Positions 57,895-64,000 of a stretch of 64,000 nt of DNA are shown here, in pieces. Location: positions 77,954-141,953 of the forward strand of contig NZ_JAEINN010000011.1 in the NCBI RefSeq assembly GCF_016342405.1. The letters run 5' to 3'. The notes beneath the pieces are model-generated. The model was not told where the DNA came from. It saw nothing but the letters and a program-made list of their open reading frames with translations, and made no database searches. Origin of the DNA: Maridesulfovibrio ferrireducens (lineage in GTDB: Bacteria > Desulfobacterota > Desulfovibrionia > Desulfovibrionales > Desulfovibrionaceae). Positions within the stretch are counted from its first letter, which is position 1. Every line of letters starts with the position of its first letter. Both the position numbers and the translations under genes were made by a program.

Positions 57895-58338
57895 CTAATC
57901 CTTATTCCCTTTCTTGCCAGCTTTTTTGGCTTTTTTTGTTTTTTTGTATTCTTCTCGTTCTTGTTCTTTCTTTGTTTTTCTATCTTTACGATTTTCTTTG
58001 TCAGATTGTTTTTTTATTTTACGATCATCATCTAATTGTTCGCGTTTAAGTTGTTCTTCTTTTTTACGTTCTTTGCGTTCTTCTTTTGCCTCATCACGGG
58101 CTGCTTTGTTGTCAGACTTGCGCGTGTCATGTTTTATTTTTTTTTCCTCTTTTCGAGTATCTCGCTTTTCTTTTTTTTCTGTTTTCCGCTTTTCCTTCAT
58201 CTCTTTTTTGTCATTATTCTTTGCTACAAGTATGAATTCTTCTGTTTTCGCACTTGAAGTCATTGATGAATAAGCTGAAGTTGCAGCAGCAAGAAGGAGA
58301 CAAGATCCTAAGAAGAAAACAAACAATAAATTTTTCAT
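57895..58338 (-). CDS. secreted Lys/Glu/Arg-rich low-complexity protein
   Basis: 147 aa with SD AAGGAG. N-terminal signal MKNLLFVFFLGSCLLLAAATSAYS, followed by about 110 residues dominated by K, E, R and D (for example KEKRKTEKKEKRDTRKEEKK). Confidence 0.6.
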   Translation of the reverse strand: MKNLLFVFFLGSCLLLAAATSAYSSMTSSAKTEEFILVAKNNDKKEMKEKRKTEKKEKRDTRKEEKKIKHDTRKSDNKAARDEAKEERKERKKEEQLKREQLDDDRKIKKQSDKENRKDRKTKKEQEREEYKKTKKAKKAGKKGNKD

Positions 58339-58658
58339 AATAACTCCTTTATGTAGTTAATAGAGAATACTATTTATACTATACTATTTATTAATTGTTG
58401 AAGCAAAATAAAATGCAAATATTTTATAAGAGTGAACGTAAAAGTAAAAAATATCGTTCGTTTAAGTTGTAAAAAGGGCTAAATATAATGGACCTTAGGA
58501 GCTGGAGAGGAATGAGAGTCTATTTCAGGATTACGAGAATTAAAGGGAGTATAGATTCTTTTCCTTCTATTCTTGTTACTGATGAGTTATAAGATAGAAA
58601 AATATTTACTATGTACAATTTCAAGCGCATTTGAAATGTTGGAACCTACAGGAAAGAC

Positions 58659-58687
58659 TTGCAAAGCATAAGCTGTTTGTGCTTAAT
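58659..58687 (+). promoter_or_regulatory. candidate sigma70-type promoter for the ferredoxin gene
   Basis: TTGCAA-17 nt-CTTAAT about 50 nt upstream of the ATG. By-eye match only. Confidence 0.25.
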
Positions 58688-58737
58688 TTGTTTCGTCTAT
58701 TAATATTATACTTCCTGCAAAGATCTGGAGGCTTACA

Positions 58738-58929
58738 ATGGCTAAGAAAGTAGTAATTGATCAAGATGAATGCATCGGTTGCGAAACTTGTGTAGAACTT
58801 TGTCCTGAAGTTTTTGCACTTGATTCAGATGGCGAAAAAGCTGAAGTGATTAAAGAAGATGCTGTCGATTTGGACTGCGTTCAAGAGTCTATGGATTCTT
58901 GTCCTGTGGAGTGTATATCTATAGAATAA
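58738..58929 (+). CDS. small single-cluster ferredoxin (Desulfovibrio Fd I/II type)
   Basis: 63 aa with CIGCETCVELCP and a distal CPVEC. SD GGAGG. Confidence 0.9.
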   Translation: MAKKVVIDQDECIGCETCVELCPEVFALDSDGEKAEVIKEDAVDLDCVQESMDSCPVECISIE

Positions 58930-58953
58930 AAGGATCACTCGTCTGTTGAACAG

Positions 58954-58983
58954 AAAGGCATCTTTGTTAGGTGCCTTTTTTTA
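58954..58983 (+). terminator. rho-independent terminator after the ferredoxin gene
   Basis: AAAGGCATC / GGTGCCTTT stem with an 8-nt T-run. Confidence 0.75.
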
Positions 58984-59742
58984 TGTTTTTATAATAAATT
59001 GAATATCTTTTTGAATCACTTGCGGCAGTAACGTTGTCAGTTTTGACTTTATATTAAATTCATCAAGCGGCGAGTCAGATCCGTATTCTATTTGAAATTT
59101 ATTCCCATCTATTCTAGCGCGGCACCATCTTGCCCCTGCTTCAAACATGCATTCCTCAGTTCTTTCTATCATGAAGAGTTTTTTTGCTGTTAAAGGAATT
59201 CCTGTTTCGATTCTAGTTGCGAGACAGCTGTTAGAAGGTCGGTTAAGTGAGAGCAATTGTAAGAAGCCGGCCGCTTCGATGATATTTTTTTTAGTAAATC
59301 CGGCAAGAGCTAAAGGCGAAATTACGGATGCTTCACGAATGGCTTTTAAGCCGGCCCGGTCAACAGGGTCGTCAGCGTGACTGCCGTCAAAAAGCGGACA
59401 TCTGTTAATGGTATCGATAATAGCCTTCTTGCAATGGTAGCAGCGATATTTTGTATTATCGCTGATGAGAGAATTTTTAAGCACCGAGATCTTAATGACT
59501 TGGTGGTTAATACCGATAGAGGCTGCTGATCGGCAGGCGAATGAAATGTCACGCTTCGCAGTAAGTTCAGAATCAATTGTTATGGCAAAAGCTTTATTTC
59601 CTAAAGCATCAAAGGCCGCCTTAGCTACCAAAGAGCTGTCAATTCCACCTGAAAAGGCAACAAAAGCTCTTTCATATAATTCGAATATCTTGAGTAGTTC
59701 TTTGTATTGTTTTTGAATAATATGTGAATTCGTCATGGGCAT
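58981..59742 (-). CDS. PP-loop ATP pyrophosphatase, LarE-like sulfur transferase family (TIGR00268-like)
   Basis: SGGIDSS PP-loop, a CYHCK CxxC pair and a distal SCLATR Cys. 253 aa. Confidence 0.7.
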   Translation of the reverse strand: MPMTNSHIIQKQYKELLKIFELYERAFVAFSGGIDSSLVAKAAFDALGNKAFAITIDSELTAKRDISFACRSAASIGINHQVIKISVLKNSLISDNTKYRCYHCKKAIIDTINRCPLFDGSHADDPVDRAGLKAIREASVISPLALAGFTKKNIIEAAGFLQLLSLNRPSNSCLATRIETGIPLTAKKLFMIERTEECMFEAGARWCRARIDGNKFQIEYGSDSPLDEFNIKSKLTTLLPQVIQKDIQFIIKT

Positions 59743-59903
59743 CTATTTTGCTTGATTATAGTTATGTGCATGTAGAGTTTACTGATTTTATAATCAATAA
59801 AACCCTTGATGCGTAAGGGTTGCCAATACGGGAATAAGTGCTTATTTAGTAAAGATACACGTTTATAAACTGCTTCATGTAAAGCGGAAAGGTAAATAAA
59901 AAA

Positions 59904-61127
59904 ATGCTCATTAATTTAAGCCCGATGTGTCTCCGGGTGTTTTCAAAAACTGCAGTAATGCTCGCAGTTCTTATAGTTTCAATGTTTATTTTCGGCAATA
60001 GTAATGCCGAGTGTTCTGCTTTTTTATCAAGTAAAAAAGACAAAGAAAAAGAGCAAGTTAAGCTTCCAGAACCTGTGTCTGAAGGTATCGATTATCTTTT
60101 GGATACTTTGTCGGTTAAAACAAAAGATTTTGACCCGGGCAAGGTAAATGCTTTGATCCGTTACGTGGATGAATCTGCTCCCACTGATAAAATAATCAAA
60201 CTTCCCAAGTATGAGTCTGCTAACGGTGCCGGAATGCGCATCAACGTAAAGGCTTCTTTAAAGAGGATTCTGGAATATACATATAATCCGGAAATCCCCG
60301 GCTACGCAGTTTACCCTTCGGTTATCCGTCTAAGCGGCTGGTATCCTGACAGTGAGTTTTTTGCAGACAAAGGTAAGCCTTGGAAATCTCTCAACGACTG
60401 CGAAGTTCCGAAAGTCTGGCGCGGGAAAGAATTTGAGGTGAATACTCCGGATTCTTTCGGCGGCGCATATTACAGATATGACCTGAACCGTCTGCTCGTG
60501 CTTATGAAGTACGAAGGACGTAATGTTTTCTTTTCGATTGCCAGACAGGCTGATAAGTCTAGCGTCGGAATGAAAGGTCTTGTCATGGACGATAACCAGT
60601 GGAATTATTTCTATAGTGGAATTCCCGGTCTGACTGCCGGAGGCATGGGCTGGATGGATACTTTTATGTACGATTCCATCTCTGTTTCAGTCTATATACA
60701 AGATAAAAATAATCCTGAGTATACTGTTAACTATCTGTTCAAGTGGCTCCGTGCCGGTTGGGCAGGGCTTAATGTTGTCCGTCCCAAACATATATTTGAA
60801 GGCAGTCAGCGTTTTGCCAATGCCTTTCGTGCATTGATGGAATCAAAAGAACTCCCTGAAGCTGCAGTTTTTTCTGAAAAAGTTAAAGGGATTGAATCCA
60901 TGTCAGATCAGAAAATTGATAAGTATATTTCAGAATACTCAAAAAGCATAGAAGCTCTTGCCGGAAAGAATCCAGTGCTTTCCGATAAATTCCCTGAAAT
61001 CTACACAAATGGGAACTATGCTAATTCGTTTACAAGAGAAGAGCGCATCGGTATCCTTGTAAAGGAATACGTTAAACGGGCTATGGGCAAACAGTGCTTG
61101 ATTTATGACGCGGTTGTTCAGAATTAA
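59904..61127 (+). CDS. hypothetical exported or membrane-anchored protein
   Basis: 407 aa with an N-terminal hydrophobic segment (AVMLAVLIVSMFIFG). No motif recognised. Confidence 0.6.
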   Translation: MLINLSPMCLRVFSKTAVMLAVLIVSMFIFGNSNAECSAFLSSKKDKEKEQVKLPEPVSEGIDYLLDTLSVKTKDFDPGKVNALIRYVDESAPTDKIIKLPKYESANGAGMRINVKASLKRILEYTYNPEIPGYAVYPSVIRLSGWYPDSEFFADKGKPWKSLNDCEVPKVWRGKEFEVNTPDSFGGAYYRYDLNRLLVLMKYEGRNVFFSIARQADKSSVGMKGLVMDDNQWNYFYSGIPGLTAGGMGWMDTFMYDSISVSVYIQDKNNPEYTVNYLFKWLRAGWAGLNVVRPKHIFEGSQRFANAFRALMESKELPEAAVFSEKVKGIESMSDQKIDKYISEYSKSIEALAGKNPVLSDKFPEIYTNGNYANSFTREERIGILVKEYVKRAMGKQCLIYDAVVQN

Positions 61128-61156
61128 TTCTGCTTCTTTTTTATAAGGAAGGTTTT

Positions 61157-61321
61157 ATGATTTATTTAGAAAGTGAAGCTAAATTTAAATATTGTCCGTA
61201 CCTTATGACAAGTGATGATAAAATGAAATTCTGTCAGGGGACCATGTGTATGATGTGGCGTTCCTGTGATGGCAATAAAGGGTATTGCGGCCTTGCCGGC
61301 AAACCTGAAGAAAGTAAATAG
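61157..61321 (+). CDS. Cys-rich small protein (54 aa), not in the ORF track
   Basis: ATG at 61157 with AAGGAAGG 4 nt upstream. Translation: MIYLESEAKFKYCPYLMTSDDKMKFCQGTMCMMWRSCDGNKGYCGLAGKPEESK (5 Cys). It sits 29 nt after the upstream gene and 28 nt before fliJ. Confidence 0.5.
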   Translation: MIYLESEAKFKYCPYLMTSDDKMKFCQGTMCMMWRSCDGNKGYCGLAGKPEESK

Positions 61322-61349
61322 TTCTGCTTAGTTGGGGTAATTGTCTATA

Positions 61350-61787
61350 ATGCCGAAGCCTTATGCTTTTAAGCTTGAAAAAGTTCTCGATTTTAGAAAG
61401 CAAATCGAGGAACAGGCTCGTTTGGCTTTAGCCGAAGCCCATAAACTGCACACTGAACACAAAAAAGTCGTCTTCGAAATCGAAGAAAAAAAGAAAAATA
61501 ACCAGAAAAAAGAATACGAGAAGCTGTCCGCTGATGATTTGTGGCTGTGGCGGCAGTATGATGATGCTTTGACTAAAGATCTGTATTCGGCACAAAATCG
61601 TCTTAAGCAATTGGCCCTTAACTTGCAAAAATGCCGTACAGAAGCTGTTCAAAAGTCAAAAGACCGTAAGTTGCTGGAAAAACTCAAAGAGAATCAGGCG
61701 AAAAAATACTATGAAGAAGAAAATCTTAAAGAGCAGAAAGAGTATGACGAAATGGCAACGCTTCGGTTCAAGTCTAAGACTTTCTAA
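61350..61787 (+). CDS. fliJ: flagellar export chaperone FliJ
   Basis: About 145-aa coiled coil with FKLEKVLDFRKQIEEQARLALAEA at the N-terminus and KEQKEYDEMA near the C-terminus. Start set to the ATG at 61350. Confidence 0.7.
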   Translation: MPKPYAFKLEKVLDFRKQIEEQARLALAEAHKLHTEHKKVVFEIEEKKKNNQKKEYEKLSADDLWLWRQYDDALTKDLYSAQNRLKQLALNLQKCRTEAVQKSKDRKLLEKLKENQAKKYYEEENLKEQKEYDEMATLRFKSKTF

Positions 61788-62388
61788 GATTCTTGTATGC
61801 TTGGTTTTATTAGCTTTTCTAAAGCTTTCTCTTATCGGTGCTTTAGGTTTTGATTTGGAAACTCCCACTAAAAATGTGGTTGAAGCCGTAATTGAAAGCA
61901 GTGTTGTTCGTGACGCAGTTTCTGCTCCGGAAGCCATTGCTGCAGAGGCTAAAGATAAGCCTGCTGCTGAAGAATCGGCGTCCAAAGTGGATAAGCGTTC
62001 TGAAAGGATGCCGGAAGCCGACTGGAAGGCTCTCAAGAGCAAAGAGGACGAGTTGGCTCGTAAAGAGAGATCTCTTCGTACTCTTGAAAAGAATTTAGAT
62101 AAAAAACTTGCTGAACTTAACAGTCTTGAAACTCGTCTTAAGAAAATGCTTGCTGATGCTGATGTTCTCAAAGATCAGAAGATTAAACATCTGGTCGGGG
62201 TATATACAGCTATGAAGCCTAAGAGTGCAGCTTTGGTCATTGAATCGCTGGATACTGGTTTGGCTGTCAAGATTTTGTCTGGCATGCGTGGACGTAATGC
62301 CGGTGAAATTCTCGGATTTGTTGCACCGAAGAAAGCTGCGGCTCTTTCCGAAGAGTTGACCAAGCTTCAGGTTCCTCTTGGAAATTAG
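61711..62388 (+). CDS. FlbB/MotE-like flagellar protein (MgtE_N-type C-terminal domain)
   Basis: N-terminal anchor, a charged coiled coil, then VYTAMKPKSAALVIESLDTGLAVKILSGMRGRNAGEILG. The start is uncertain (61711 or 61744); both overlap fliJ. Confidence 0.6.
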   Translation: MKKKILKSRKSMTKWQRFGSSLRLSKILVCLVLLAFLKLSLIGALGFDLETPTKNVVEAVIESSVVRDAVSAPEAIAAEAKDKPAAEESASKVDKRSERMPEADWKALKSKEDELARKERSLRTLEKNLDKKLAELNSLETRLKKMLADADVLKDQKIKHLVGVYTAMKPKSAALVIESLDTGLAVKILSGMRGRNAGEILGFVAPKKAAALSEELTKLQVPLGN

Positions 62389-62422
62389 CAGTCTGAAGTT
62401 TTATAAATAAGTTTTTAATAAT

Positions 62423-62451
62423 TGCTCCAGCTGTATTTTGCGGCTGGAGCA
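62423..62451 (+). terminator. possible terminator hairpin
   Basis: TGCTCCAGC / GCTGGAGCA stem with a weak T-rich tail. Confidence 0.35.
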
Positions 62452-62489
62452 TTAATATTTGTATAGATAAGGGCTTAGTCGGTTTAAAA

Positions 62490-63293
62490 TTGAAAAGAAT
62501 CAAAATAACTATTGCTTACGATGGTACTAAGTTTTGCGGCTGGCAAATTCAGCCGGGAGTACGGACTGTTCAAAATGAGCTTGAGAAAGCGATTTCGCGG
62601 ATAACCGGTGCTCCTGTACGAGTATACGGATCAGGTCGCACTGACAGCGGTGTTCATGCTCAGGGGCAGGTCGTTCATTTTACGTTGCCTGAAAGCAGGG
62701 CTGAAGTCCCATGGCAGCGGGCTTTGAATGCTATTATGCCGGACGACGTGACAGTCCTTGATGTGGCTTATGTCGATGAATCTTTTCACGCTCAGTTCAG
62801 TTCAATTCGTAAAACGTATGTTTATACTCTTTGGCTGGAAAATAAATTTTTGTTCCCATGTCGCCGAAATTATGTGTGGGGATGCGGTCCGCTTGATATT
62901 GATGCTCTTGATACCGCCATGAAATATTTCCTTGGTGAGCACGATTTTGCTTCTTTTCAGAATGTCGGAACTCCGGTAAAAAATACGATCAGAACCATTC
63001 TTGATTTTGTTCGCCTTCCCGGTGAAAACGAGCATGAAATTAAGTTGCAGGTGTGCGGGACAGGCTTTTTAAAACAGATGGTGCGTAACATGGTGGGCTG
63101 TCTCGTGGATATAGGCCGGGGTAAAGCTGAGCCGGGTTTTGTCCGATCAGTGTTAGAGGCGAAAGATAGAACTTTAGCACCGGCCACAGCTCCTCCGCAG
63201 GGGTTGTGTCTTTCTCACGTGTATTACGGGGAGCCGAAGAGTGGCGGACCTGAATCTGGACGGAACGAATCTCGTATTGACGGGACAGTCTGA
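62490..63293 (+). CDS. truA: tRNA pseudouridine(38-40) synthase TruA
   Basis: TTG start. IAYDGTKFCGWQIQPG and GSGRTDSGVHA motifs. Confidence 0.9.
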   Translation: MKRIKITIAYDGTKFCGWQIQPGVRTVQNELEKAISRITGAPVRVYGSGRTDSGVHAQGQVVHFTLPESRAEVPWQRALNAIMPDDVTVLDVAYVDESFHAQFSSIRKTYVYTLWLENKFLFPCRRNYVWGCGPLDIDALDTAMKYFLGEHDFASFQNVGTPVKNTIRTILDFVRLPGENEHEIKLQVCGTGFLKQMVRNMVGCLVDIGRGKAEPGFVRSVLEAKDRTLAPATAPPQGLCLSHVYYGEPKSGGPESGRNESRIDGTV

Positions 63294-64000
63294 GACTGTT
63301 GAATCTCCACAAAGAACATTAATAAGTTCTTATTGGGATGACAGGTTCTCTCGCGCTGCGCTTAAAAATAAATATGAATCAACCGGCAGTTCCACAGTCA
63401 TGGAAGTGCAAAGCCGCATCAAAAGTTTAAGCGAGTCCCTTGGTAAATTCCGTTGGTCTGACGATGGGTTTGGTTTGAATGATGCCCGTCTGGTTGTAAA
63501 TGATCCTTTCCTTGATAATAAAATTTCAGCTTCTGTAACTCCGAAAAATGAGTTTGCCCGTTATTACCGCATGTACTCCCGTGGTTTTACGGGAGGTTCC
63601 CGAACGTCTCTTGATCCGGGAATATATAAATTTGATATGTCATACGGCTCCGCAACCAAGGAGCTGAACATTACCATTGAAAGCGGGATGGATAATGACA
63701 CAGTTCTTGAAGCCGTCCGTGACGCGGTAAACGAAAGCACTCTTCCTGTTCAGGCTCGTAAAATTACACAAAATGTTCCGGGAGCAAATCTTGACGATCT
63801 GCTTGGAGTCGGCTCGTCTTTGGCCTTCTCTGTGAATACCGCCTACAGCAACAATAACAGTGATATCGTCGGTGGTTATGACGGCAGCACTGAAAGTGAA
63901 ATTAACAGTCAGCTTACATTCAGCGACACCAGCGGGCACCTTATCTCCCACCTCAAGCTTGATGGCACGTTGCTGCCTATTGGGTCCGCAAAAGAAGGGC
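63241..64000 (+). CDS. hypothetical protein, 5' part (open to the window end; not in the ORF track)
   Basis: The frame is open from 63178 to 64000 with no stop. The candidate GTG at 63241 has GGGGAG 7 nt upstream and gives MADLNLDGTNLVLTGQSE... An alternative TTG lies at 63277. Overlaps the truA 3' end. Confidence 0.5.
   Translation, partial: MADLNLDGTNLVLTGQSETVESPQRTLISSYWDDRFSRAALKNKYESTGSSTVMEVQSRIKSLSESLGKFRWSDDGFGLNDARLVVNDPFLDNKISASVTPKNEFARYYRMYSRGFTGGSRTSLDPGIYKFDMSYGSATKELNITIESGMDNDTVLEAVRDAVNESTLPVQARKITQNVPGANLDDLLGVGSSLAFSVNTAYSNNNSDIVGGYDGSTESEINSQLTFSDTSGHLISHLKLDGTLLPIGSAKEG

Noticed and set aside
57828-58273. Three overlapping plus-strand ORFs (57828..58049, 57853..58035, 57914..58273, and also 58036..58257) with Phe/Ser/Leu-rich products.
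   Set aside because: They are complements of the A/G-rich Lys/Glu codons of the minus-strand gene, which alone has an SD, a signal peptide and a terminator.
63640-63951. 103-aa minus-strand ORF near the window end.
   Set aside because: It lies antisense within a much longer open plus-strand frame that has a plausible SD and start.
63955-63975. Sigma54-like TGGCAC-N5-TGC string (TGGCACGTTGCTGCC).
   Set aside because: It lies inside the putative coding frame at the window edge, matches the -12 element only partially, and no downstream gene is visible.
1-64000. Mobile elements, prophage, integrases, toxin-antitoxin or defence islands, and rRNA/tRNA genes.
   Set aside because: No product in any frame showed transposase, integrase, restriction, Cas or similar motifs that I could recognise. 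No tRNA-like T-arm or acceptor signatures were found. The window reads as conserved core genome.

Overview
The window looks like a core chromosomal segment of a Desulfovibrionaceae-type sulfate reducer. This is inferred from gene content and the moderately low GC; no database search was possible. It holds much of the dissimilatory sulfate-reduction machinery. dsrMKJOP lies on the minus strand at 1-4002 (dsrP truncated). sat (42039-43316, minus) is divergent from aprBA-qmoABC plus a conserved-position hypothetical gene (44207-52396, plus). Housekeeping blocks lie between and around these:
- ffh-rpsP-KH-rimM-trmD-rplS-rnhB-yraN-rsmI
- an incomplete PTS (IID-like, HPr, EI) followed by smpB
- lysR with glcD/glcF-like genes, then secA
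- mlaEFDCA
- argJ, ppiD and an aconitase
- a liv-type ABC transporter
- a ferredoxin
- fliJ with an flbB/motE-like gene, then truA

I found no rRNA, tRNA, CRISPR array, transposase, integrase or recognisable defence island, and no clear novel multi-gene system.

The items most worth a second look:
1. A chorismate-mutase/EPSP-synthase-fold fusion whose catalytic motifs appear degenerate. It has an N-terminal 9-nt tandem repeat and an overlapping, translationally coupled small gene.
2. The uncharacterised gene trailing qmoABC.
3. A TrmD fused to a second SPOUT-like domain.
4. Small ORFs with strong Shine-Dalgarno (SD) sites that are missing from the ORF track: a Cys-rich 54-aa ORF before fliJ and a 52-aa membrane peptide beside lysR.
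5. A GC-rich structured 200-nt stretch ending in a terminator, a candidate sRNA or structured 3' UTR.
6. Stacked hairpins between aprA and qmoA.
7. A secreted Lys/Glu-rich low-complexity protein.

All functional calls rest on motif recognition by eye. Start codons were refined from SD context where stated.
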